Assembly (NCBI GenBank): GCA_964035545.1
Contig: OZ037772.1
Span: forward strand, 9,665,150 to 9,729,149
From: Bugula neritina
Lineage: Eukaryota > Animalia > Bryozoa
Length of the DNA: 64,000 nt
Direction: 5' to 3'
The position numbers were made by a program, and so were the translations under genes. Positions within the stretch are counted from its first letter, which is position 1, and each line of letters opens with the position of its first letter. Positions 1-12,600 of the stretch are shown one piece after another. Under the pieces are notes generated by a model. It was not told where the DNA came from. It did not search any database and was given only the letters and a program-made list of their open reading frames with translations.

Positions 1-121
1 ATGTTATCTGTTGAATTATGAATAATTAGCAAATTTTTTCTGATATCGAAAGTTTCTATAACATTTATTTGCTAACATAAATAGAATATATGCATATACC
101 ATGGCATAGATATTTTATATA

Positions 122-395
122 CAAGTGGTCTAGGGGTTAGAGAGTTTGCCTAGTAAACACGAAGGTCATGGGTTCAGCCCTGACAAAGGCTATTGGTGAT
201 GTTAGGAAGAGCATCCAGTCATAATTGCTCCTGTGCCACATATTAATAAGTCCTTAGCCCCATTTAACACAACAACCCTTTCAACCAGAGATAGCAACTA
301 TAAACTTCATATGAATAAGTCCTTAGCCCTCTTTAACAAAAACCCCTTCTATCAGGGGTTTCTCACAGGGGCGGTGACTATAAACTAACGTGAGT
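122..395 (+). mobile_element. tRNA-Thr(AGT)-derived SINE (with duplicated 3' half)
   Basis: Head gtggtctaggggttagag..cctAGTaaacac..gggttc resembles tRNA-Thr(AGT) with Pol III A/B boxes; body ttaggaagagcatccagtcataattgctcctgtgcc recurs five times in the window. Confidence 0.85.
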
Positions 396-500
396 TTTTT
401 CTTTAGTTGATGAGTTCAGAGCAGTTTTTAGTCGTATAAGTCTTGATATTGATCTAAAGTGTGAACTGGAATATTAGGATTTGTCTTATCAATATTTTAG

Positions 501-3419
501 CTTAAGTTTGACCACTTACCTGATAAGTGTGTGCAGAAGCTACAGGCCCACCCGCATAGTCGAGAGGTCAAGGTCTATTCTATTCTAGATGATCTAGAAC
601 AACTGGTAAGAGCTCTCTCTGCAGTTTATATGATTATATTATATATGATTATATTATATGTTATTATATTATATGTGATTATATTATATGTGATTGTATT
701 ATATGTTATTATATTATATTATATGTTATTATATTATATGCGATCATAATATAAATGTGATAATATTATATGTGATTATAATATATTACTTTTTAGTATC
801 TATATTTAGTATCTGTTGATGATAACCTATTATTTTATTAATGTCCTTTGAGGGGGCCGCTCGGTCTCAAAGGATATGTTAATGTATAATATCATTACAT
901 TATATATGATAATATTATAAATGGTTATATGATATAATATTATGAATGTATATGGTTATAATAATGCATATATTATAGTCATGATAAATATGGTTATATT
1001 ATCTATGATTATAATGAAAAGCAGCAGTAGTCTAGAGGTTAGAGTGCTTTCCTAGTAAACATGAAGTCATGAGTTCGAGCCCCAGTAAAGGCTATTGGTG
1101 ATGTAGAAAAAGCATCCAGTCATAATTGCTCCTGTACCACATATGAATAAGTACATAGCCTACTTTAGAAAACCCTTTCATCAGGGGTTCTCACAGGGAT
1201 AAGGACTATAAACTTGCATTAGTTTTTGTCCATGATTATAATTATATAATTATATTATATGATTATATTATTTAGTCATAGCTGTGTGCCGTCTCAAGAA
1301 AATTTATTTTATGTCATATTTGTTCAGGCAGGACTAGTGTGCTCCAGGGGGGTGGGGTGTGTCAACAATACTCCAGTCAGTGCTGTCACTTACCAAGACT
1401 TTCAGAAAGAAGGAAATATGGTGAGAGAGCTGAGTTTATTGGTTCATATATTTCACTTGTAGCCAATCTAAAACCTTGTATAGTTGATATTATATAGACT
1501 TGTTTTTATCGCTGTATTTCTATGAATCAAATATAGCTGTAGTCCGGCAGTAAAAGGTTTAAATAGTTTTTTGGTCAGTTTAAGTAAGATCTTAATTAAA
1601 TCTAATCAATTAGGTTTCTAATTAATCAACAATTGACAAAAATGACAATCAGTGAAATTAAACTTGTTGATCGTTAAATAATAAACTAAAATTAACAGGA
1701 TTATATTGTAACTGTGCACTCAACTGTGGAGTATAAATAAACTGAAGCTGCTCTGTTGTATTTAAAGTAAATATCAAGAACTGATCAATTGTGATAAATT
1801 AAATAGGTTCAAGTTTAGGGCTGCAACACTCACAAGTTTAGGGCTGCAACACTCACAAGTTTAGGGCTGCAACACTCACAAGTTTAGGGCTGCAACACTC
1901 ACAAGTTTAGGGCTGCAACACTCACCAGTTTACGACTGCAACACTCACCAGTTTAGGGCTGCAACACTTACAAGTTTAGGGCTGCAACACTCAAAAGTTT
2001 AGGGCTGCAACACTCACTGGGTTATCAGGTGACTCATTGAAAACGAATGTGTAAAAATTTATTTAAAGGAGTATTTTTTAAGAAATTTCAAAATACAGTA
2101 AATGTCTTATTATCTGAAAAATTGTGCTCAATTCTCGTAGCCAAGTTGACTAATAAGGTTGATATTTAAAATTTTCATATCTCCATGTTTCTGCTCCAAT
2201 AAAACTAATGAAAACAATATCCTAAATTTTATAAAAAGTATTGAAAAGTTATTCAGTATTTTGCTAGCGTTGTGCCCATCAATATTTTTTAAATAAATCA
2301 TTTATAATAATGTGTTGGTGTTGAAGATAATTGGGTGAATTTTTGTGCACCAATGTATTATTTGAAAAAAATAATTATTAATATCTTATGGGTGTTGGTG
2401 CGGAGCATATAATCTGCTCTTTTCACAACAGTGACATCTATCAATGCTTGCAGTACACAAGGCTATGTGAAGCTGTAGAACTCATTGGTGACATGTATAA
2501 GAGAGATCAAACTGAAGATTGCATCACCGTAGACACATTGCCGGAGAGTGAAGAACCTTGTCCTCCTGTTCATCCGACAATCCCGCAGAACGCAGCACCA
2601 CTTGAGGTAGATTTGTGTTTGAAGTCAGATCCGCACAGACAGATAACACTCGTTACCAAGGATACAGGTTTTTGTAAGTGTATATATAAACTTTGTTCAT
2701 TGACCTAATGTAGGGTATGCTTTGTTATAAACCTACACCTTTCATAAGAATTTTGTAAGTTTTGGTGTTCTAAAGATTCGTTCTCCATTTGCCTCTTTCC
2801 CCTCTCCCTCTTTCCCTCTCAAAAAAAACTTAGCCTGTGGTTTTGCCATGCGATAATTTTGCTAACATTAGTTGAAGTGTTTGATTGTTCATTTGTAGGG
2901 TCAGAAGAAGGGCCTCAGTCTAGCAGATTTAACAGCGAGCAGGCAACATCTAGAATCAATACGTCTGCGGTGACAACTGGGCCCACCCAATCCTCTACTC
3001 AAATACTTACTAACTTTGGAAAAACGCCTGATCCAGGGTCCCTCCAGAGTGTTGATGAAAATTTAAAACCCGTAAGTGAAGACTGTGAAAACCAAAACAG
3101 ACACAAAACTAAGCCCTGTGGAAGTCATGAAACTGAAGTAGGTGTAGTTGATGAATCCATGGGTGGAGACTTTGCAGCAGTGGGCGGAGTCTATGGAGCT
3201 GTGGGCGGAGTGTATGGAGCTGTGGGCGGAGACTTGAAAGGAGTGGGTGGAGACAGCATCATTGTTGCTAGAGATGGTGAAGCTCAAAGTTTAGCAAATC
3301 TCCCCCCACAGGGCGTGGCAACAAGCCCGTCATGTAGTCAATCTCAACTAAGTGGAAGCCATGATCTTTCAATGTCCACTTACGACAGTAACTATAGTCA
3401 AAGAGAATACAACTTCTAG
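501..3419 (+). CDS. 3' end (last 4 exons) of an upstream gene; tentative IL-17 receptor-like SEFIR/SEFEX cytoplasmic region plus S/T/G-rich tail
   Basis: GT-AG exons 501-605, 1328-1420, 2454-2667, 2899-3419 join in frame (phases 0,0,1): LKFDHLPDKCVQKLQAHPHSREVKVYSILDDLEQL|AGLVCSRGVGCVNNTPVSAVTYQDFQKEGNM|YTRLCEAVELIGDMYKRD...; stop TAG 3417-3419; AATAAA at about 3472 and 3499. The SEFIR call rests only on recalled similarity to the IL17RA segment RYPLMDRFEEV...VGELSGDNYLRS...QLRAALDRF. Exon structure is well supported, product identity is not. Confidence 0.55.
627..740. repeat. 15-bp AT-rich tandem repeat (tatattatatgtgat)
   Basis: About 7 imperfect copies seen directly. Confidence 0.85.
1020..1225 (+). 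mobile_element. tRNA-Thr-derived SINE
   Basis: Same family as 122-395; B box gagttcgagcccc. Confidence 0.85.
1811..2017. repeat. 23-bp minisatellite (aagtttagggctgcaacactcac) x9
   Basis: Head-to-tail copies without spacers. Confidence 0.95.
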
Positions 3420-6400
3420 TACAGTGCTACTGACTACTAGAAATTGGTATACATGACTCGTTTTTATTTGTAAATAAATGTTGGCGGACATTTTCTGCGA
3501 ATAAATATTCAACCTTTACTGTAAAGTGTGTAATATGACAATATTCAACTCTTTTACCAACCTTTTGCTATGCTCTACCATAATTTTGTATTGAATTGAA
3601 TTGAATTCCATCGGCTTATTCAATTATATTGTATTTTTTACTGCTCACGTATATACAAATAATCTATGCAGTTGACTCTGTTACTATGACACTGTGTTAA
3701 TTCTGAGTTAACAATTTCTATTGCATTTTATAGGTTTTGTACATTAATTTTATACTTCATTATTTAGTTTATATTTTATTAGTTTCTTTTAGATAATCTC
3801 CTACTATGCATCAATAATAGACAAGCTATTTTGTCCAAGGGTCAAATTGTATACTTTTATCAATCACATTATAATGTTTATTCAGTTGTGCTATTGTTAC
3901 ATACGGGTAAATTGAATATTTCACCTAGCATTGTATTTTGTGTCGCATCTATACACCTGTTGATAAAAAGATGTTATTTTCTTACTTTTGTAAATATAAT
4001 TGTTAGCTTTGAACAAAAAATGCTATTTCTAGATATATTTACACCGAGTTATGTAATAATTAATAAACATTAAAGTATAGATTAACCTTGCAAAACAGAT
4101 AGAAAGTGTCTTGAGCTTGATAGAAAAATAAATGTCCCTTTCTGAAATTTTCCTGTTTCTCATTGAAATGAAAAATCTGATCTGCTGAAGAGGGAGGGGG
4201 GGGGGGGAATGCAGAGTTAGCCAGTTGCGCATCAGATTAAAATAATAAATGGTTCAGCAAAAAAAATATAACCCAAGTAGGCGTTGCCATGGCTTGTTAG
4301 TAACTTCATATATTAAGAGTTTTTTTAAACTTTTGGGACGCTGACTTTAATGAATAATTATGTAGTAATTGAAAATAGTAAGGATCATAATACACCTGTA
4401 GGTCCCTTTGGTACATAACATTATATAAATCATTAAGTTTAACATAATGTGAGACAACATTGGTGTTTTGATAATTATGCACAGCTCATGCTTTAAAATG
4501 AAAAGTGTTTGTTATAGAGTAGAATGCTATACAATACTAGCTAACCCTGCAGGTTAATAACGATGATATGCAGCCGAGAAAACTGGCAGATTTTACATCT
4601 ATTGCTATAATTAAAAATAATAAAATCTAACTTCTTCACTGGTCCCACGCAACAATATTATATATTTTGATCCTATATAATGTTAAGACCAGCTAATGTT
4701 GGACGCAGTTATGCACTTGTTTGAGTAAGTAATAAGTTGGTTATATAAAATATAAAGAGAACTATTTGACAACAGCTTCTCCTTCAAAATTAACAGAATT
4801 TACTAAAAGTTAACTACATCAGAATGCCCTGCTGTGGCTTAGAGAGGATTGTTCTTGGTTGCTAACGACATAATTAATAGCAACAGGTATTTCCAAACCA
4901 CGTGCAGGATGTTTACATCACTCGGTTTTTCCATTATCTATAGCAATAAAACCTAACTTATATTGCTTAGAAGCTACGAACCTTCCTTATGACTTCAATA
5001 ATGCCCCCGTTCATAACATGTGTTTCCTCGTATGAGAGCCACTTTAAATGCCCACAATTCAATGCATGCACTTTTATTTTCCATATCCAGCTTAGAGTTG
5101 AACCGAAATTTCCTCATCGTGTGTCTTGAACAGAGAGAGAGTAGCTACGAAAATATTATTTTATTTAGCCTGGCGTTGTGGTGGATACATTTACGACTAT
5201 ATTTTATCATAAATTGTAGTAGCAATCACAATGATCTACATTCTTATTCATATTGATATTGAATTTGATATTGGCAACGTGAACTTTGAGTATGACTATC
5301 ACTATCACTATCAGTATCACTATGACCATCACCATCGTCATGGTGATGGTCCATGGACTGATGGACATGGTCCATGAGATGAGTATTAGATTCAGTATCA
5401 GCATGAGTATGAGTCTCAGTCTATGGCTATAATTATTATTATAATTATTATTAATCTCAGTATCAGTATGATTACCATTATGAGTATTTGTCAGTCACAC
5501 TCACAGTGTCAGTGTGAGTGTCTATTGTATTGAAATTGTAATACTAATTTAATTACTAATAGTAATACTAATAGTAATTGAATTAGTAATGCTTATTGGT
5601 ATTGCAAATACAATATTTATTAGCAGATAGACTAAAAGTGAATGTCAGTTGCAATTGTCTACCACTTCAAGTGTCACTATGACTATTACTTTTAGTATTA
5701 GTATTACTGCACTATGGCTATCAGTATCAGTGCTACTAGCACTACTATCACTATCAGTATGAGTATCACTATCAGTGTCTCAATATAATTATAATTATTA
5801 CTATGAGTATCAGTATTAGTATACATGTCTAAATTCAGTTATACTTATTACTTATCAGACATAGTGATAATTGTCAATAGGAATATAGTACAGGCTGTAA
5901 GTGTAATAAAACAAAGTTATTGATGGCTACTGCTACAATCATTAACTTTATTAATATGAATAACTTTAGCCCATAGCCTTCTGTGTAGATCAAGGTGTAA
6001 CTTTAACTCAGCAACTGGGAAACTGGTTTTACTTAATATTACCCTGTTCTAATAATTACAAAACTTCAAGTATGAATGTTTGTTACTATAAGTATATGGC
6101 ACATTTAATTTTATTACCTTTATTCTTATTGACTGATTATGCTTCAATCTTCACTCATAATCATAATTTATACATTTACATTATGTAGTTGTTTGATATA
6201 ATTGATATTTTAATTTAGTGGTTTATATTTGATTGAAATACATTTTTATATAACTTTAAATATTTTAAAGTTTAGCTGTAACTGTGCTGTACACAATTTT
6301 TTCTGGGAGGAGTTGAATGATCTGAGTCAGTGTCACGACTTTTGAGATTGTATATATTAGTTTTTTTCATATTTTATTGTGACATAATTTACAAAAGCAT

Positions 6401-9150
6401 TCCTACATGCAATAAACCTGTTTTTTTCAGCAACAAATTAAGGCTATATGTTTCCAGTATTCCAGTATATTGGTATGTACTGCCATACTACATTCAACTT
6501 TGCTACAAGGTTTATTCAACTTGACTCGGCCATTTTATTTGTCTGCTCTTGTTATAAACTTTATAAATAAGCAAAGAATACTTAATGAAATATTATAAAT
6601 TTATTTAACTTTTGTTTTTATGTGCCAATATAATTTTTGATCTGAAATGTTAGATAATTATAAATCATTTGAGTATTGAAAAATCTGCTTTTGCCAACTT
6701 TACCTGCATTTCGAAACTATTAAAATCGATTTACCTGTCAAAAATGTCAAAAAGTTATTTTACTTTATGGAGAAAATATTTGGCAAAACAATTCAACATT
6801 CAAAAATATCTGTTTTTTACCTTCATCTCAAAAGACACAAAGTTGAACTCCTAAATTGTCAACTAGTTTAATATACACAACTTGTTTGTTGTTGTTAGGT
6901 GGAAAAATGTAGTGAAGATAGCGTAATAAAGTTATAAGAAAACTATAAAGCCACACAGAACATTGCAGTATGGTAAGCTAACTATCTAAGTGTGAATCAC
7001 TTTGTTGTGTTGTGCGTATTTTGATTTAATGGTCAAGACAAGAGAAAAAGCTTCTGGAATAATGTACACGGCTATACTACGTGTCTTGTTTTTTTTTATA
7101 TATTGAATGTGTTGATTGGTTTGAGTTGGAACTTTTCTAAGCAACCATATCTGCACGTGAATTTTTTATTTGCTGGTGTTATAAACATGGTACTACTAAC
7201 ATCAATAATTTCACAGCCAACAACATTTGTGTAACCTAGAAAATTGTTATCTAAAAATCTTGCTATGTTGGATTTTATGAATCACACAACATTGTTTTGT
7301 AAGCGTATTGGTAACCAAATGTTGTGTTTCACTTAAAGTCTTTGCTCTTAATTTAGCAAATGACCCAATGTTTATTTTTCTATGATAGTAAACTGGTAAA
7401 ACGTCAAGTTTTACCAGTATTATCTCCTTATTCTCTTTTTCTTATCTAAACACATACAGTCTATGTCTGGTGTGATTCCTTTCAAACTCTTCACTGCGTA
7501 AAGACTCCCTGACACACTTCACTTATGCAGTACTAAAATATTCTTATATATGTTAGTTTTCATTTTCATACTGTTTTAAGGTTAGATGCCTAAACAATTT
7601 TGTTTTATAATGAATTTTGTGCGAGTATGTACTGAAATGATATGGAATTTTTGATCGCATGGAAATGAACTTTTCATCGGCTTTGACTTTACCGCTACTA
7701 TAAAACTTATACTAATTATAGCTAACTTTCATTGCATGCTATTGTTAGCTGCTGCACTGCACAGCTTAATCACTGATATGGCTTGAAAGTTCAGAGTTTC
7801 AAACTCTTCACTGCTTAAAGCTAGGAGAAATTCCCTGTGTATCCAACAGTTTGGTGTACTAACTGAAACGAATCGTTCTATAAGCAGCTCCGAGTTAGAG
7901 TTGAATGAGTGCAATAATTTAGGATTCTCAATTTTGGAGTTGGGGAGTTCAAAGTTCAAACTTACACTCCAAACTTGAGAATCCCAAACTGCTACTGCAC
8001 TCTGTCGCACCCAGCTTGGAGCTGCTTATAGAAAGTTCAACTGTGAAACACGTGTGCTGTTAAACTTTATTACTATGGCAAGAGGGAAGGGTGAGGCTTT
8101 CAACCTTGCATAGTGACGTTTTACGTAGACTATTTGGTTGAAGTAGATTGAACTATTTGCCATTCGGCTTACTTAACAGCTATTAATAAATTCGTTAAGT
8201 TGTTTCTTTGGAATGTGAGACCACCAGGAACTAAAAGTGATGATGACTCATACTATTAGATAAATGAGTTTCTATATTATCTATTCACCTTAACTACTGG
8301 GTCTATGTTTTAGTTTGTTGACCACAAAAGCTAATATGTTGTTGTATACAAGGAGAGTAATTTTGGTTTCATAATTAAATGGGATTTTTTAAATAAAAGT
8401 TGTAAAAATATAAATATATAAATTGCAACTTTTGCTTCACAGGACAAAGCGTACAATGCAGGTGTAGTAAACTGTGGGTTTTGAATGCAACTAGTGCCTA
8501 CATGCTCTAGAGAGAATAAGCCAAGTATCTGAATACGAATGAAGATAACTTTATTAGCATCAAATACAGCTTATGTGGTCCTACTACCAGCGAGCTCCAG
8601 TAGTAGTCTGAACTAGAAAGTTAAGCTTGACAGTAACAAAAGAAAAATAGACAAAGGAGAATGAATAATTCAATAGGCCAAGAATTTAGCTATAATAACA
8701 ACCTATTGAAGGCATTCATAAAAGCTACACAAATTTCCAGTATCAGTATTAATGCAAAACGATAAAATAGCAAAAAGGGAAAATAACTCTGGAAATGCGT
8801 ATTTCATAAAAATTACATTATACTGAAAGCTTTAACAACAATCATGATAATAGGGCATTAGAAAGCTAGCCCAACTTAGCTACAATTACAGCATTCAAAA
8901 CGCTAGTTATAATAATGATTCACGCAGTTACTAATAGAGGGTGAAAATCTATTACACAGGTAGTACCTAATTGTTGTAAGCTTTAATTTGTGTCAAGTTT
9001 GAATGTCTTTATTGTGGTTAGTTTGGAGTAATAGTTATTTTTAACTGCTAGTTATACTGTAAACTCATACTGTGAGCTCTTACTCTAAACTCATGTTAAG
9101 ACTGTTACGCAAAGTCTTGCCTCCAAAGGGGAATATTATAATTATGAGAT

Positions 9151-9302
9151 GCAGTAATGGAAAAATTGAGAAAACCCCATGTTCTAGATTGGAAATGTTG
9201 CAAAAGAAGTTATGTTCTCGTGAGAATTTCAACCCTTACTCCAAACCAAAATTTATAAAGAGATTTAAAGAATTTAAGCTATCTCAGTTTTTCCAATATT
9301 GC
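9151..9302. mobile_element. ~150-bp MITE, copy A
   Basis: Imperfect TIRs gcagtaatggaaaaattgag / ctcagtttttccaatattgc; a related copy lies at 11420-11561. Confidence 0.6.
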
Positions 9303-9683
9303 TTCTAAACAAATTGTCTTTATTATTATAGCTAGTTTGGTGTAATATAGTTGCTTTTACTGCTAGTACTGTAAACCTATACTGTGAACTTGAACTCTAA
9401 ACTCCAGTTAGACTGTGAAGTCTTGCCTCCAAATAGGTATAATCATTGAACTATAATCCGTTCAGTGGGTATAATGTCTGCAATAGACCTCATTGTCAAT
9501 TAATCTCTATCCTCTTCACATATCTTTGCTCTGTCCATTCGGGTCAATTGATTTCTCATACATTATGATTTTATTTAACCTTCAAATTGTTCCATGAATT
9601 AAGTTTGAACTCATTTTTGTCACAGCTTTAAAACTGCTGTTTTTTTCTCTTTTTCATAGATATAAAATGCTATAGCGGCTTCA

Positions 9684-12600
9684 ATGGAAGAAGAGTTGTC
9701 TCCTCCAAGTTGTATTCCAGGTGGGAATATTCTGTACATTATTTGTTATAAAATATATATAACTTTGTTTGACCTACTTATTCTAGATATACAATCCTCA
9801 ACAAGGAACTATTCTACAAATATTTTTATGGGTCATTAATTAATTGATGAAGTTTTGTGATTGCAACAACCAATGTCTATATAGATGTTCCATTAGTAAG
9901 TGAGTAATGATTTGTATTTTGCTGGAAAATGAAAATACGCAACACCTTATGATACCATAAATTTTAAAATAGGTCAAGTTTTGTGTAGGCAATAGTTTAT
10001 AATGAGGCATCATATTTATTACATTTTTACCTACAAAGCAACGTTGTAGTATTGAAGTATATCATTATATAACATATCTATAATAGTGGTATATGGTTTT
10101 AGATTTTTATGTTTTATGCAGTGCTTTGTATTATTTTGGTTTTTGATTTTGTAGATGGGAATTCTGAAGTACAGCGTGGGTTTACTGGTTAGTATTAAAT
10201 ATAGACCTGGTTGCCTTCAGTTACTGTCAGAGTTAAAGTTCACTTGCGTACAGCACTGTTAAAAATTTAAATAGGCTTTTTACCAATGTTTTCAGTAGTA
10301 ATTTATAGTATAGAATTATGCACCAGTGGTCTAGGGGTTAGAGCATTGGCTTAGTAAACACAAGGTCATGGGTTCGAAACCCTGTAAAGGCTATTATTGA
10401 TGTTAGGAAGAGTATCCAGTCATAATTGTTCCTGTGCCTCATCTAAATAAGCCCTTAGCCCGATTAAAAAACCCTTTCCATCAGGAAGTTCTCTCAAAAA
10501 GATAGTGACTAGTAACTGGTGTGAGATTAAACGATGTTTCGTCTCAATTGCAGCATCTTTTGTAAACCGTTTTTCAAGAAGCTTCAAAAGAACTTCGTGG
10601 TTAATAATTTAATTTCATCTTTCCTTGAACCCTGTATTTTTTTCTCTGTGTTGTGTCATGACCCAGATAATATTCATGCTATAGCCACTCCTATTATTCC
10701 ATGTACATTTGGAGTTGTGTTATCCATTATGGTGTAGCTACTGAGCTTCACTTGCCATTCATATATCTATATGCAGTCGTTTAACAATGTTTTCCTAACT
10801 GCTGTGATTTATTGCTGTGATGTATGAATCAACTTATTTCTCTGTTGATAATTTTTTAATTAAATTTTATTTGTAAAGTTTCCACAGTGTATAACTATCC
10901 TTTCTATACTAGCTGCCGCGCTGCCGTGAGTTTAGCAATATCACCTTGATGTTTACAGCCTCCTTAGGTGAGAGGAGCTTCTTGGGCAGAGGGAGTTTCG
11001 GCCGTGTGTTCAGGCAGTATGATGAACAGAACCAGCGGTTTCTCGCCTCCAAAGAAATAGATCTGGGAATGGTGACTGAAAAAGAGTATGCTGAGGTATA
11101 GGTAGTTTATTGGTGCGTTCCCGGTTTCCATAGCAACAACAGCAGGCAAACCACTAACAACGAGACAAGGGATATTTAGTGTTTTAAACAGTAAAGATGT
11201 TTACTCACAGTGTTGTATTGCGCTTGGCTCGGCTCCCAATTGAGTCAATTATGCTTGAAGTTCTAAACTAATTTCATACATAATTTGAAGACGAAAACAT
11301 TTTTACTGTTATCTTCCCCCTCCTGCATCTGGATGAATATTTTATCGAGATTTTCAAAGTTTGTTGTGTTTCTGTCTATTAAAAGTGCACAAAAAATCGG
11401 GTTTTAATATCTATCACTTGCAGTAATGGAAAGTTGGGAAAAGCCTGTGTTCTTGATCAAAATTGTAGCATAGCAATTTTCTCCAGAAAATATCAACCTG
11501 ACTATCAAAATCTATGAAGAAACTTAAAGAACTTGGGTTATTCAACTTTCTCCACTACTGCGCCTAAATACTATTAATTTAGGCAAATATAGTAAGCATA
11601 TTCTACCCTAGTGCAGTGCTATATTTTGTATACATCTTACAGAGAATCAAAAAGGCAGAAAGAGAAGTGTATGCTATGAACAGACTCAAGCATCCACATA
11701 TTGTCGAGTGTTTTTATAATGAGATCAGACAAGGTGTCTACGGTCCAGGTTAGCTGACACTCTTTCAGTTACTCACTTTTTTGTCTTTCTCTGTTTTTAA
11801 ATAGTTTCAGTCTCGCTGCATCTGTTATTATTATGTTATGTGAATTGAATTATTACATTTGATTCATATTGAGGCTTGTCATCAATTTATAAACAAATTT
11901 CACTTTTATGTCTTGAAGTAGAAGGAAATCATGTTCATCCAACAGTCTGTAGCATAAATATGTGGTAGTGGAGCTTTATTGTTCAAAAATATGCATCCAT
12001 CAGTTATTAATGTGGGCAAGTGTTGTTGTGGGTAGAGTATATAGATGGGTGGAGTATATGGATGGGTGGAGTATATGGATGGGTGGAGCTTATGAATGGG
12101 TGGAGTATATAAATGGGTGGAGTATATGAAAGGGTGGCGTATATAGATGGGTGGAGTATATAGATGGGTGGAGTATATAGATGGGTGGAGTATATAGATG
12201 GGTGGAGCTTATAGATGGTTGGAGTATATAGATGGGTGGAGTATATAAATGGGTGGAGTATATGGATGGGTGGAGTATATAGATGGGTGGAGACTATTTG
12301 TAGACGAATAGGTTTACTTATGCTTATTACATCATTTATAATATGATTGAATAGCTATTTTGTTGCCTATTTTAAAAAGGAAAATATAATATATTGTGGG
12401 CATGATTAGAATAGAAAACTTTCACATAGATACTTGAGGCCCAGACAGATGGAGCGAAACGTCAAATTTCAGCCATTTTCAAAAACGCCAGAGCAGAAAA
12501 ATAATTTACATAGTTTAATCGTAGTCTAATGTGGAAAGAAATAATTTTGCTCAGTTTGTGACTGCATATAGACAAAACAAAATGGCCGACATTTCATTTT

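Noticed and set aside
122-200. Functional tRNA-Thr genes at SINE heads
   Set aside because: No intact acceptor stem or oligo-T terminator; always attached to the same SINE body.
606-749. Hydrophobic MIILY repeat at the end of ORF 531..749 (looks like a transmembrane segment)
   Set aside because: Lies after the gtaag donor at 606; it is an intronic 15-bp repeat.
841-877. GC-rich hairpin (tcctttgag...ctcaaagga) resembling a terminator or Helitron end
   Set aside because: Isolated in an AT-rich intron with no other element hallmarks; intrinsic terminators do not apply here.
1811-2017. CRISPR-like appearance of 23-bp repeats (also 12030-12293)
   Set aside because: Head-to-tail with no unique spacers, no cas genes, and a eukaryotic intron context.
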